Positions 1 through 15,000 of a DNA stretch of 64,000 nt are shown here, in pieces; the first letter of the stretch is position 1; each line of letters opens with the position of its first letter. Below the pieces are notes generated by a model. It had not been told where the DNA came from. It saw only the letters and a program-made list of their open reading frames with translations, and searched no databases. The DNA is from Eledone cirrhosa (taxonomy: Eukaryota): the NCBI GenBank assembly GCA_964016885.1, contig OZ024748.1, positions 31,124,001 through 31,188,000 of the forward strand, in the 5' to 3' direction. The position numbers and the translations under genes are program-made.

Positions 1-3000
1 TTAGGTAGAGTGAATCAGTGGTGGTGTGTTGGACATTAGGTGGAGTGAATCAGTGGTGTTGGACATTAGGTGGAGTGAATCAGTGGTGGTGGATATTAGG
101 TGGAGTGAATCAGTGGTGGTGGATATTAGGTTGAGTGAATCAGTGGTGGTGGACATTAGGTGGAGCGAATCAGTGGTGGTGGACATTAGGTGGAGTGAAT
201 CAGTGGTGGTGGATATTAGGTGGAGTGAATCAGTGGTGGTGTGGCGGACATTAGGTGGAGAGAATCCTTGGTGGTGGGTATTTGATGGAGTGTATCAGTG
301 GTGGTGGACATTAGGTGGAGTGTATCGGTAGTGGTGTGGTGGACATTAGGTGGAGTGAATCTATGGTGGTGTGTTGGACATTAAGTAGGGTGAATCGGTG
401 TTGGGGGACATTAGCTAGTGTTTATCAGTGGTGGTGTGGTGGACATTCGGTGGAGAGAATCAGTGGTGCTGGACATTAGGTGGAATGCACCAGTGGTGGT
501 GGACATTATGTAGAGTGAATCAGTGGCAGTGTGATGGACATTAGGTTGAGTGAATCATTGGTGGTGGACATTAGGTGGAGTGAATCAGTGGTGGTGTGGT
601 GGACATCAGGTGGAGTGAATCAGTGGTGGTGTGCTGGACATTAGGTAGAGTGACTCGGTAGTGGGGTGGTGGACATTAGGTGGAGTGAATCAGTAGTGGT
701 GGTTATTAGCTGGAGTGAATCAATGGTGGTGGACATTAGGTGGAGTGAATCAGTGGTGGTGTGGTGGACATTAGGTGGAGTGAATCTGTGTTGGTGGACA
801 TTAGGTAGAGTGAATCAGTGGTGGTGTGTTGGACATTAGGTGGAGTGAATCAGTGGTGTTGGACATTAGGTGGAGTGAATCAGTGGTGGTGTGGTGGATA
901 TTAGGTGGAGTGAATCAGTGCTGGTGGACATTAGGTAGAGTGAATCATTGGTGGTGTGTTAGACATTAGGTGGAGTGAATCAGTGGTGTTGGACATTAGG
1001 TGGAGTGAATCAGTGGTGGTGTGGTGGATATTAGGTGGAGTGAATCAGTGCTGGTGGACATTAGGTAGAGTGAATCAGTGGTGGTGTGTTGGACATTAGG
1101 TGGAGTGAATCAGTGGTGTTGGACATTAGGTGGAGTGAATCAGTGGTGGTGGACATTAGGTAGAGTGAATCAGTGGTGGTGTGTTGGACATTAGGTGGAG
1201 TGAATCAGTGGTGTTGGACATTAGGTGGAGTGAATCAGTGGTGGAGTGGTGGACATTAGGTGGAGTGAATCAGTGGTGGTGGACATTAGGTGGAGTGAAT
1301 CAGTGGTGGTGTTGTGGACATTAGGTTGAGTGAATCGGTAGTGGTGTGGTGGACATTAGGTGGAGTGAATCAGTGGTGGTGCGCTGGATATTAGGTACGG
1401 TGAATCAGTGGTTGGAGCCATTAGGTAGAGTGAATCAGTGCTGGTTGACATTAGGTGGCGTGAATCAGTGGTGGTGGACATTAGGTGGAGTGAATCAGTG
1501 GTGGTGGATATTAGGTGGAGTGAATCAGTGGTGGTGGATATTAGGTTGAGTGAATCAGTGGTGGTGGATATTAGGTTGAGTGAATCATTGGTGGTGGACA
1601 TTAGGTGGTGTGAATCAGTGGCGGTGTGGCGGACATTAGGTGGAGAGAATCCTTGGTGGTGGGTATTTGATGGAGTGTATCAGTGGTGGTGGACATTAGG
1701 TAGAGTGAATCAGTGGTGGTGGACATTAGGTGGAGTGTATCGGTGGTGGTGTGCTGGACATTAGGTAGAGTGACTCGGTAGTGGGGTGGTGGACATTAGG
1801 TGGAGTGAATCAGTAGTGGTGGTTATTAGCTGGAGTGAATCAGCGGTGGTGGACATTAGGTAGAGTGAATCTGTGGTGGTGGATATTAGGTAGAGTGAAT
1901 CAGTGGTGGTGTGTTGGATATTAGGTGGAATGAATCAGCGATGGTGTGGTGGACATTAGGTGGCGTGAATCAGTGGTGGTGTGGTGGACATTAGGTGGAG
2001 TGAATCAGTGGTGGTGGACATTAAGTGGAATGAATCAGTGGTGGTGGACATTAAGTGGAATGAATCAGTGGTGGTGTGGTGGACAGTAGGTAGAGTTAAT
2101 CATTGGTGGTGGACGTTAGATAGAGTGAATCAGTGGTGGTGTGTTGGACATTAGGTGGAGTGAATCAGTGGTGGTGGACATTAGGTGGAATGAATCAGTG
2201 GTGGTGTGGTGGACATTAGGTGGAGTGAATCTGTGTTGGTGGACATTAGGTAGAGTGAATCAGTGGTGGTGTGTTGGACATTAGGTGGAGTGAATCAGTG
2301 GTGTTGGACATTAGGTGGAGTGAATCAGTGGTGGTGTGGTGGATATTAGGTGGAGTGAATCAGTGCTGGTGGACATTAGGTAGAGTGAATTAGTGGTGGT
2401 GTGTTGGACATTAGGTGGAGTGAATCAGTGGTGTTGGACATTAGGTGGAGTGAATCAGTGGTGGTGTGGTGGATATTAGGTGGAGTGAATCAGTGCTGGT
2501 GGACATTAGGTAGAGTGAATCAGTGGTGGTGTGTTGGACATTAGGTGGAGTGAATCAGTGGTGTTGGACATTAGGTGGAGTGAATCAGTGGTGGTGGACA
2601 TTAGGTAGAGTGAATCAGTGGTGGTGTGTTGGACATTAGGTGGAGTGAATCAGTGGTGTTGGACATTAGGTGGAGTGAATCAGTGGTGGAGTGGTGGACA
2701 TTAGGTGGAGTGAATCAGTGGTGGTGGACATTAGGTGGAGTGAATCAGTGGTGGTGTTGTGGACATTAGGTTGAGTGAATCGGTAGTGGTGTGGTGGACA
2801 TTAGGTGGAGTGAATCAGTGGTGGTGCGCTGGATATTAGGTACGGTGAATCAGTGGTTGGAGCCATTAGGTAGAGTGAATCAGTGCTGGTTGACATTAGG
2901 TGGCGTGAATCAGTGGTGGTGGACATTAGGTGGAGTGAATCAGTGGTGGTGGATATTAGGTGGAGTGAATCAGTGGTGGTGGACATTAGGTGGAGTGAAT

Positions 3001-6000
3001 CATTGGTGGTGGATACTAGGTGAAGTGAATCAGTGGTGGTGTTGTGGGCATTAGGTTGAGTGAATCATTGGTGGTGGACATTAGGTGGTGTGAATCAGTG
3101 GTGGTGTGGCGGACATTAGGTGGAGAGAATCCTTGGTGGTGGGTATTTGAAGGAGTGTATCAGTGGTGGTGGACATTAGGTGGAGTGTATCGGTGGTGGT
3201 ATGGTGGACATTAGGTGGCGTAAATCGGTGGTGGTGGACATTAGATGGAGTGAACCAGTGGTGGTGTTTTCGACATTAGGTGGAGTGAATCAGTAGCGGT
3301 GTGGTGGACATGAGGTGGAGTGAATCTATGGTGGTGTGGTGGGACATTAGGTAGGGTGAATCGGTGGTGGGGGACATTAATTAGTGTTTATCAGTGGTGG
3401 TGTGGTGGAGATTCGGTGGGGTGAATCAGTGGTGCTGGACATTAGGTGGAATGAATCAGTGGTGGTGGACATTAGTTAGAGTGAATCAGTGGCAGTGTGG
3501 TGGACATAAGGTGGAATAAATCAGTGGTGGTGGACATTAGGAGGAGTGAATCAGTGGTGGTGTGTTGGACATTAGGTGGACTGAATCAGTGGTGGTGTAC
3601 ATTAGGAGGAGTGAATCAGTGGTGTTGGACATTAGGTGGAGTGAATCAGTGGTGGTGGACATTAAGTGGAGTGAATCAGTGGTGGTGTGGTGGACAGTAG
3701 GTAGAGTTAATCATTGGTGCTGGACGTTAGGTAGAGTGAATCAGTGGTGGTCGACATTAGGTGGAGTGAATCAGTGGTGGTGTGCTGGACATTAGGTGGA
3801 GTGAATCAGTGGTGATTGACGTTAGGTAGAGTGAATCAATTGTGGTGGACGTCAGGTAGAGTGAATCAGTGCTGGTGGACATTAGGTGGAGTGAATCAGT
3901 GGTGGTGTGTTGGACATGAGGTGGAGTGAATCAGTGGTGGTGGACGTTAGGTAGAGTGAATCAGTGGTGGTGGACATTAGGTGGAGGGAATGAGTGGTGG
4001 TGTGTTGGACATTAGGTGGAGTGAATCAGTGGTGGTGGACATTAGGTGGAGTGAATCAGTGGTGGTGTGTTGGACATTAGGTGGTGTGAATCAGTGGTGG
4101 TGCAGTGGACATTGGGTGGTGTGAATCGGTAGTGGTGGACATTAGGTGGAGAGAATCAACGGCGGTAGATATTAGGTAGAGTGAATTAGGTATGTTGTGG
4201 TGGACATTAGGTGGAGTGAATCAGTGGTAGTGTGGTGGACACTAGGTAGAGTGAATACTTGGTGGTGGACATTTGATGGAGTGAATCAGTGGTGGTGGAC
4301 ATTAGGTGGAGTGAATCAGTGGTGGTGGATATTAGGTAGATTGAATCAGTGGTGGTGGACATAAGGTAGACTGAATCAGTGGTGCTGGACATTAGGTAGA
4401 CTGAATCAGTGGTGGTGTGTTGGACATTAGGTGGAGTGAATCAGTGGTGGTGGACATTAGGTGGAGTGAATCAGTGGTGATGTGGTGGACATTAGGTGGA
4501 GTGAATCTGTGTTGGTGGACATTAGGTAGAGTGAATCAGTGGTGGTGTGTTGGACATTAGGTGGAGTGAATCAGTGGTGTTGGACATTAGGTGGAGTGAA
4601 TCAGTGGTGGTGTGGTGGATATTAGGTGGAGTGAATCAGTGCTGGTGGACATTAGGTAGAGTGAATCATTGGTGGTGTGTTAGACATTAGGTGGAGTGAA
4701 TCAGTGGTGTTGGACATTAGGTGGAGTGAATCAGTGGTGGTGTGGTGGATATTAGGTGGAGTGAATCAGTGCTGGTGGACATTAGGTAGAGTGAATCAGT
4801 GGTGGTGTGTTGGACATTAGGTGGAGTGAATCAGTGGTGTTGGACATTAGGTGGAGTGAATCAGTGGTGGTGGACATTAGGTAGAGTGAATCAGTGGTGG
4901 TGTGTTGGACATTAGGTGGAGTGAATCAGTGGTGTTGGACATTAGGTGGAGTGAATCAGTGGTGGAGTGGTGGACATTAGGTGGAGTGAATCAGTGGTGG
5001 TGGACATTAGGTGGAGTGAATCAGTGGTGGTGTTGTGGACATTAGGTTGAGTGAATCGGTAGTGGTGTGGTGGACATTAGGTGGAGTGAATCAGTGGTGG
5101 TGCGCTGGATATTAGGTACGGTGAATCAGTGGTTGGAGCCATTAGGTAGAGTGAATCAGTGCTGGTTGACATTAGGTGGCGTGAATCAGTGGTGGTGGAC
5201 ATTAGGTGGAGTGAATCAGTGGTGGTGGATATTAGGTTGAGTGAATCATTGGTGGTGGACATTAGGTGGTGTGAATCAGTGGTGGTGTGGCGGACATTAG
5301 GTGGAGAGAATCCTTGGTGGTGGGTATTTGATGGAGTGTATCAGTGGTGGTGGACATTAGGTAGAGTGAATCAGTGGTGGTGGACATTAGGTGGAGTGTA
5401 TCGGTGGTGGTATGGTGGACATTAGGTGGCGTAAATCGGTGGTGGTGGACATTAGATGGAGTGAACCAGTGGTGGTGTTTTCGACATTATGTGGAGTGAA
5501 TCAGTAGCGGTGTGGGGGACATGAGGTGGAGTGAATCTATGGTGGTGTGGTGGGACATTAGGTAGGGTGAATCGGTGGTGGGGGACATTAGTTAGTGTTT
5601 ATCAGTGGCAGTGTGGTGGACATAAGGTGGAATAAATCAGTGGTGGTGGACATTAGGAGGAGTGAATCAGTGGTGGTGTACATTAGGAGGAGTGAATCAG
5701 TGGTGGTGTGTTGGACATTAGGTGGACTGAATCAGTGGTGGTGTACATTAGGAGGAGTGAATCAGTGGTGGTGGACATTAAGTGGAATGAATCAGTTGTG
5801 GTGTGGTGGACATCAGGTGGAGTGAATCAGTGGTGGTGTGGTTGACATTAGGTGGAGTGAATCAGTGGTGGTGTGTGGGATATTAGGCAGAGTGAATCAT
5901 TGGTCGTTGACATTAGGTGGAGTGAATCAGTGGTGGTGTGTGGGATATTAGGCAGAGTGAATCATTGGTCGTTGACATTAGGTGGACTGAATCAGTGGTG

Positions 6001-9000
6001 GTGTACATTAGGAGGAGTGAATCAGTGGTGGTGGACATTAAGTGGAATGAATCAGTTGTGGTGTGGTGGACATCAGGTGGAGTGAATCAGTGGTGGTGTG
6101 GTTGACATTAGGTGGAGTGAATCAGTGGTGGTGTGTGGGATATTAGGCAGAGTGAATCATTGGTCGTTGACATTAGGTGGAGTGAATCAGTGGTGTTGGA
6201 CATTAGGTGGAGTGAATCAGTGGTGGTGGACATTAAGTGGAGTGAATCAGTGGTGGTGTGGTGGACAGTAGGTAGAGTTAATTATTGGTGCTGGACGTTA
6301 GGTAGAGTGAATCAGTGGTGGTCGACATTAGGTGGAGTGAATCAGTGGTGGTGTGGTGGACATTAGGTGGAATAAATCAGTGGTGGTGGACATTAGGAGG
6401 AGTGAATCAGTGGTGGTGTACATTAGGAGGAGTGAATCAGTGGTGGTGGACATTAGGTAGAGTGAATCAGTGGTGGTGTGTTGGACATTAGGTGGACTGA
6501 ATCAGTGGTGGTGTACATTAGGAGGAGTGAATCAGTGGTGGTGGACATTAAGTGGAATGAATCAGTTGTGGTGTGGTTGACATCAGGTGGAGTGAATCAG
6601 TGGTGGTGTGGTGGACAGTAGGTAGAGTTAATCATTGGTGCTGGACGTTAGGTAGAGTGAATCAGTGGTGGTGTGTGGGATATTAGGCAGAATGAATCAG
6701 TGGTGGTGGACATTAAGTGGAGTGAATCAGTGGTGGTGTGGTGGACAGTAGGTAGAGTTAATCATTGGTGCTGGACGTTAGGTAGAGTGAATCAGTGGTG
6801 GTCGACATTAGGTGGAGTTAATCAGTGGTGGTGTGCTGGACATTAGGTGGAGTGAATCAGTGGTGATTGACGTTAGGTAGAGTGAATCATTGGTGGTGGA
6901 CGTCAGGTAGAGTGAATCAGTGCTGGTGGACATTAGGTGGAGTGAATCAGTGGTGGTGTGTTGGACATGAGGTGGAGTGAATCAGTGGTGGTGGACGTTA
7001 GGTAGAGTGAATCAGTGGTGGTGGACATTAGGTGGAGGGAATGAGTGGTGGTGTGTTGGACATTAGGTGGAGTGAATCAGTGGTGGTGGACATTAGGTGG
7101 AGTGAATCAGTGGTGGTGTGGTGGACATTAGGTGGAGTGAATCAGTGCTAGTGTGGTGGATATTAGGTGGAGTGAATCAGTGCTAGTGTGGTGGACGTTA
7201 GGTGGAGTGAATCTGTGGTGGTGGACATTAAGTGGAGTGAATCAGTGCTGGTGTGGTGGACATTAGGTGGAGTGAATCAGTGCTGGCGTGGTTGACATTA
7301 GGTGGAGTGAATCTGTAGTGGTGGACATTAGGTAGAGCGAATCAGTGGTGGTGTGTTGGACATTAGGTGGTGTGAATCAGTGGTGGTGCAGTGGACATTG
7401 GGTGGTGTGAATCGGTAGTGGTGGACATTAGGTGGAGAGAATCAACGGCGGTAGATATTAGGTAGAGTGAATTAGGTATGTTGTGGTGGACATTAGGTGG
7501 AGTGAATCAGTGGTAGTGTGGTGGACACTAGGTAGAGTGAATACTTGGTGGTGGACATTTGATGGAGTGAATCAGTGGTGGTGGACATTAGGTGGAGTGA
7601 ATCAGTGGTGGTGGATATTAGGTAGATTGAATCAGTGGTGGTGGACATAAGGTAGACTGAATCAGTGGTGCTGGACATTAGGTAGACTGAATCAGTGGTG
7701 GTGTGTTGGACATTAGGTGGAGTGAATCAGTGGTGGTGGACATTAGGTGGAGTGAATCAGTGGTGGTATGGTGGATATTAGGTGGAGTGAATCAGTGCTG
7801 GTGGACATTAGGTAGAGTGAATCAGTGGTGGTGTGTTGGACATTAGGTGGAGTGAATCAGTGGTGTTGGACATTAGGTGGAGTGAATCAGTGGTGGTGGA
7901 CATTAGGTAGAGTGAATCAGTGGTGGTGTGTTGGACATTAGGTGGAGTGAATCAGTGGTGTTGGACATTAGGTGGAGTGAATCAGTGGTGGAGTGGTGGA
8001 CATTAGGTGGAGTGAATCAGTGGTGGTGGACATTAGGTGGAGTGAATCAGTGGTGGTGTTGTGGACATTAGGTTGAGTGAATCGGTAGTGGTGTGGTGGA
8101 CATTAGGTGGAGTGAATCAGTGGTGGTGCGCTGGATATTAGGTACGGTGAATCAGTGGTTGGAGCCATTAGGTAGAGTGAATCAGTGCTGGTTGACATTA
8201 GGTGGCGTGAATCAGTGGTGGTGGATATTAGGTGGAGTGAATCAGTGGTGGTGGATATTAGGTTGAGTGAATCATTGGTGGTGGACATTAGGTGGTGTGA
8301 ATCAGTGGTGGTGTGGCGGACATTAGGTGGAGAGAATCCTTGGTGGTGGGTATTTGATGGAGTGTATCAGTGGTGGTGGACATTAGGTAGAGTGAATCAG
8401 TGGTGGTGGACATTAGGTGGAGTGTATCGGTGGTGGTATGGTGGACATTAGGTGGCGTAAATCGGTGGTGTTGGACATTAGATGGAGTGAACCAGTGGTG
8501 GTGTTTTCGACATTATGTGGAGTGAATCAGTAGCGGTGTGGTGGACATGAGGTGGAGTGAATCTATGGTGGTGTGGTGGGACATTAGGTAGGGTGAATCG
8601 GTGGTGGGGGACATTAGTTAGTGTTTATCAGTGGTGGTGTGGTGGAAATTCGGTGGGGTGAATCAGTGGTGCTGGACATTAGGAGGAGTGAATCAGTGGT
8701 GGTGTACATTAGGAGGAGTGAATCAGTGGTGGTGGACATTAGGTAGAGTGAATCAGTGGTGGTGTGTTGGACATTAGGTGGACTGAATCAGTGGTGGTGT
8801 ACATTAGGAGGAGTGAATCAATGGTGGTGGACATTAAGTAGAATGAATCAGTTGTGGTGTGGTGGACATCAGGTGGACTGAATCAGTGCTGGTGTGGTTG
8901 ACATTAGGTGGAGTGAATCAGTGGTGGTGGACATTAGGTAGAGTGAATCAGTGGTCGTTGACATTAGGTGGAGTGAATCAGTGGTGTTGGACATTAAGTG

Positions 9001-12000
9001 GAGTGAATCAGTGGTGGTGTGGTGGACAGTAGGTAGAGTTAATCATTGGTGCTGGACGTTAGGTAGAGTGAATCAGTGGTGGTCGACATTAGGTGGAGTG
9101 AATCAGTGGTGGTGTGCTGGACATAAGGTGGAATAAATCAGTGGTGGTGGACATTAGGAGGAGTGAATCAGTGGTGGTGTACATTAGGAGGAGTGAATCA
9201 GTGGTGGTGGACATTAGGTAGAGTGAATCAGTGGTGGTGTGTTGGACATTAGGTGGACTGAATCAGTGGTGGTGTACATTAGGAGTGAATCAGTGGTGGT
9301 GGACATTAAGTGGAATGAATCAGTTGTGGTGTGGTGGACATCAGGTGGAGTGAATCAGTGGTGGTGTGGTTGACATTAGGTGGAGTGAATCAGTGGTGGT
9401 GTGTGGGATATTAGGCAGAGTGAATCATTGGTCGTTGACATTAGGTGGAGTGAATCAGTGGTGGTGTACATTAGGAGGAGTGAGTCAGTGGTGGTGGACA
9501 TTAAGTGGAGTGAATCAGTGGTGGTGTGGTGGACAGTAGGTAGAGTTAATCATTGGTGCTGGACGTTAGGTAGAGTGAATCAGTGGTGGTCGACATTAGG
9601 TGGAGTGAATCAGTGGTGGTGTGCTGGACATTAGGTGGAGTGAATCAGTGGTGGTGTGGTGGACATTAGGTGGAGTGAATCTGTGTTGGTGGACATTAGG
9701 TAGAGTGAATCAGTGGTGGTGTGTTGGACATTAGGTGGAGTGAATCAGTGGTGTTGGACATTAGGTGGAGTGAATCAGTGGTGGTGTGGTGGATATTAGG
9801 TGGAGTGAATCAGTGCTGGTGGACATTAGGTAGAGTGAATCATTGGTGGTGTGTTAGATATTAGGTGGAGTGAATCAGTGGTGTTGGACATTAGGTGGAG
9901 TAAATCAGTGGTGGTATGGTGGATATTAGGTGGAGTGAATCAGTGCTGGTGGACATTAGGTAGAGTGAATCAGTGGTGGTGTGTTGGACATTAGGTGGAG
10001 TGAATCAGTGGTGTTGGACATTAGATGGAGTGAATCAGTGGTGGTGGACATTAGGTAGAGTGAATCAGTGGTGGTGTGTTGGACATTAGGTGGAGTGAAT
10101 CAGTGGTGTTGGACATTAGGTGGAGTGAATCAGTGGTGGAGTGGTGGACATTAGGTGGAGTGAATCAGTGGTGGTGGACATTAGGTGGAGTGAATCAGTG
10201 GTGGTGTTGTGGACATTAGGTTGAGTGAATCGGTAGTGGTGTGGTGGACATTAGGTGGAGTGAATCAGTGGTGGTGCGCTGGATATTAGGTACGGTGAAT
10301 CAGTGGTTGGAGCCATTAGGTAGAGTGAATCAGTGCTGGTTGACATTAGGTGGCGTGAATCAGTGGTGGTGGATATTAGGTGGAGTGAATCAGTGGTGGT
10401 GGATATTAGGTTGAGTGAATCATTGGTGGTGGACATTAGGTGGTGTGAATCAGTGGTGGTGTGGCGGACATTAGGTGGAGAGAATCCTTGGTGGTGGGTA
10501 TTTGATGGAGTGTATCAGTGGTGGTGGACATTAGGTAGAGTGAATCAGTGGTGGTGGACATTAGGTGGAGTGTATCGGTGGTGGTATGGTGGACATTAGG
10601 TGGCGTAAATCGGTGGTGGTGGACATTAGATGGAGTGAACCAGTGGTGGTGTTTTCGACATTATGTGGAGTGAATCAGTAGCGGTGTGGTGGACATGAGG
10701 TGGAGTGAATCTATGGTGGTGTGGTGGGACATTAGGTAGGGTGAATCGGTGGTGGGGGACATTAGTTAGTGTTTATCAGTGGTGGTGTGGTGGACATTCG
10801 GTGGGGTGAATCAGTGGTGCTGGACATTAGGAGGAGTGAATCAGTGGTGGTGTACATTAGGAGGAGTGAATCAGTGGTGGTGTGTTGGACATTAGGTGGA
10901 CTGAATCAGTGGTGGTGTACATTAGGAGGAGTGAATCAGTGGTGGTGGACATTAAGTGGAATGAATCAGTTGTGGTGTGGTGGACATCAGGTGGAGTGAA
11001 TCAGTGGTGGTGTGGTTGACATTAGGTGGAGTGAATCAGTGGTGGTGTGTGGGATATTAGGCAGAGTGAATCAGTGGTGATTGACGTTAGGTGGAGTGAA
11101 TCAGTGGTGGTGTGCTGGACGTTAGGTGGAGTGAATCAGTGGTGATTGACGTTAGGTAGAGTGAATCAATTGTGGTGGATGTCAGGTAGAGTGAATCAGT
11201 GCTGGTGGACATTAGGTGGAGTGAATCAGTGGTGGTGTGTTGGACATGAGGTGGAGTGAATCACTGGTGGTGGACGTTAGGTAGAGTGAATCAGTGGTGG
11301 TGGACATTAGGTGGAGGGAATGAGTGGTGGTGTGTTGGACATTAGGTGGAGTGAATCAGTGGTGGTGGGCATTAGGTGGAGTGTATCAGTGGTGGTGTGG
11401 TGGACATTAGGTGGAGTGAATCAGTGCTAGTGTGGTGGATATTAGGTGGAGTGAATCAGTGCTAGTGTGGTGGACATTAGGTGGAGTGAATCTGTGGTGG
11501 TGGACATTAAGTGGAGTGAATCAGTGCTGGTGTGGTGGACATTAGGTGGAGTGAATCAGTGCTGGCGTGGTTGACATTAGGTGGAGTGAATCTGTAGTGG
11601 TGGACATTAGGTAGAGCGAATCAGTGGTGGTGTATTGGACATTAGGTGGTGTGAATCAGTGGTGGTGCAGTGGACATTGGGTGGTGTGAATCGGTAGTGG
11701 TGGACATTAGGTGGAGAGAATCAACGGTGGTAGATATTAGGTAGAGTGAATTAGGTATGTTGTGGTGGACATTAGGTGGAGTGAATCAGTGGTAGTGTGG
11801 TGGACACTAGGTAGAGTGAATACTTGGTGGTGGACATTTGATGGAGTGAATCAGTGGTGGTGAACATTAGGTGGAGTGAATCAGTGGTGGTGGATATTAG
11901 GTAGATTGAATCAGTGGTGGTGGACATAAGGTAGACTGAATCAGTGGTGCTGGACATTAGGTAGATTGAATCAGTGGTGGTGTGTTGGACATTAGGTGGA

Positions 12001-15000
12001 GTGAATCAGTGGTGGTGGACATTAGGTGGAGTGAATCAGTGGTGGTCTGCTGGACATTAGGTAGATTTAATCAGTGGTGGTGGACATTAGTTGGAGTGAG
12101 TCAGTTGTGGTGGACATTAGGTAGAGTGAATCAGTTGTGGTGTGTTGGACATTAGGGGGAGTGAATCAGTGGTGGTGTGGTGGACATTAGGTAGAGTGAA
12201 TCAGTTGTGGTGGACATTAGGTAGAGTGAATCTGTGGTGGTGGACATTAGGTAGAGTGAATCAGTGGTGCTGGACATTAGGTGGAGTGAATCAGTGGTGG
12301 TGGACATTAGGTAGAGTGAATCAGTGGTGGTGGATATTAGGTAGAGTGAATCAGTGGTGGTGGACATTAGCTGGAGTGAATCAGTGGTGGTGGACATAAG
12401 GTAGACTGAATCAGTGGTGCTGGACATTAGGTAGATTGAATCAGTGGTGGTGTGTTGGACATTAGGTGGAGTGAATCAGTGGTGGTGTCATTAGGTGGAG
12501 TGAATCAGTGGTGCTGGACATTAGGTGGAGTGAATCAGTGGTGGTGGACATTAGGTAGAGTGAATCTGTGGTGGTGGACATTAGGTGGAGTGAATCAGTG
12601 GTGGTGGACATTAGGTAGAGTGAATCAGTGGTGGTGGACATTAAGTGGAGTGAATCAGTGGTGGTGGACATTAGGTGGAGTGAATCAATGATGGCGAACA
12701 TTCGGTGGAGGGAATCAGTGGTGATGTGGTGGACATTAGGTGAGGTGAATCAGTGGTGGTGGACATTAGGTGGAGTGAATCAGTGGTGGTGGACATTCGG
12801 TGGAGTGAATCAGTGGTGGTGGACATTAGGTGGAGTGAATCAGTGGTGGTGGACATTCGGTGGAGGGAATCAGTGGTGATGTGGTGGACATTAGGTGAGG
12901 TGAATCAGTGGTGGTGGACATTAGGTGGAGTGAATCAGTGGTGGTGTGGTGAACATAAGGTGGAGTGAATCAGTGGTTTTGTGGTGGACATTAGGTGAGG
13001 TGAATCAGTGGTGGTGGACTTTAAGTTGAGTGAATCAGTGGTGTTGGACATTAGGTGGAGTGAATCAGTGGTGGTGGACATTAGGTAGAGTGAATCAGTG
13101 GTGGTGTGTTGGACATTAGGTGGAGTGAATCAGTGGTGTTGGACATTAGGTGGAGTGAATCAGTGGTGGAGTGGTGGACATTAGGTGGAGTGAATCAGTG
13201 GTGGTGGACATTAGGTGGAGTGAATCAGTGGTGGTGTTGTGGACATTAGGTTGAGTGAATCGGTAGTGGTGTGGTGGACATTAGGTGGAGTGAATCAGTG
13301 GTGGTGCGCTGGATATTAGGTACGGTGAATCAGTGGTTGGAGCCATTAGGTAGAGTGAATCAGTGCTGGTTGACATTAGGTGGCGTGAATCAGTGGTGGT
13401 AGATATTAGGTGGAGTGAATCAGTGCTGGTTGACATTAGGTGGCGTGAATCAGTGGTGGTGGATATTAGGTGGAGTGAATCAGTGGTGGTGGATATTAGG
13501 TTGAGTGAATCATTGGTGGTGGACATTAGGTGGTGTGAATCAGTGGTGGTGTGGCGGACATTAGGTGGAGAGAATCCTTGGTGGTGGGTATTTGATGGAG
13601 TGTATCAGTGGTGGTGGACATTAGGTAGAGTGAATCAGTGGTGGTGGACATTAGGTGGAGTGTATCGGTGGTGGTATGGTGGACATTAGGTGGCGTAAAT
13701 CGGTGGTGGTGGACATTAGATGGAGTGAACCAGTGGTGGTGTTTTCGACATTATGTGGAGTGAATCAGTAGCGGTGTGGTGGACATGAGGTGGAGTGAAT
13801 CTATGGTGGTGTGGTGGGACATTAGGTAGGGTGAATCGGTGGTGGGGGACATTAGTTAGTGTTTATCAGTGGTGGTGTGGTGGACATTCGGTGGGGTGAA
13901 TCAGTGGTGCTGGACATTAGGAGGAGTGAATCAGTGGTGGTGGACATTAAGTGGAGTGAATCAGTGGTGGTGTGGTGGACAGTAGGTAGAGTTAATCATT
14001 GGTGCTGGACGTTAGGTAGAGTGAATCAGTGGTGGTCGACATTAGGTGGAGTGAATCAGTGGTGGTGTGCTGGACATAAGGTGGAATAAATCAGTGGTGG
14101 TGGACATTAGGAGGAGTGAATCAGTGGTGGTGTACATTAGGAGGAGTGAATCAGTGGTGGTGGACATTAGGTAGAGTGAATCAGTGGTGGTGTGTTGGAC
14201 ATTAGGTGGACTGAATCAGTGGTGGTGTACATTAGGAGGAGTGAATCAGTGGTGGTGGACATTAAGTGGAATGAATCAGTTGTGGTGTGGTGGACATCAG
14301 GTGGAGTGAATCAGTGGTGGTGTGGTTGACATTAGGTGGAGTGAATCAGTGGTGGTGTGTGGGATATTAGGCAGAGTGAATCATTGGTCGTTGACATTAG
14401 GTGGAGTGAATCAGTGGTGTTGGACATTAGGTGGAGTGAATCAGTGGTGTTGGACATTAAGTGGAGTGAATCAGTGGTGGTGTGGTGGACAGTAGGTAGA
14501 GTTAATCATTGGTGCTGGACGTTAGGTAGAGTGAATCAGTGGTGGTCGACATTAGGTGGAGTGAATCAGTGGTGGTGTGCTGGACATTAGGTGGAGTGAA
14601 TCAGTGGTGGTGTGCTGGACATTAGGTGGAGTGAATCAGTGGTGGTGTGCTGGACATTAGGTGGAGTGAATCAGTGGTGATTGACGTTAGGTAGAGTGAA
14701 TCAATTGTGGTGGACGTCAGGTAGAGTGAATCAGTGCTGGTGGACATTAGGTGGAGTGAATCAGTGGTGATTGACGTTAGGTAGAGTGAATCAATTGTGG
14801 TGGACGTCAGGTAGAGTGAATCAGTGCTGGTGGACATTAGGTGGAGTGAATCAGTGGTGGTGTGTTGGACATGAGGTGGAGTGAATCAGTGGTGGTGGAC
14901 GTTAGGTAGAGTGAATCAGTGGTGGTGGACATTAGGTGGAGGGAATGAGTGGTGGTGTGTTGGACATTAGGTGGAGTGAATCAGTGGTGGTGGGCATTAG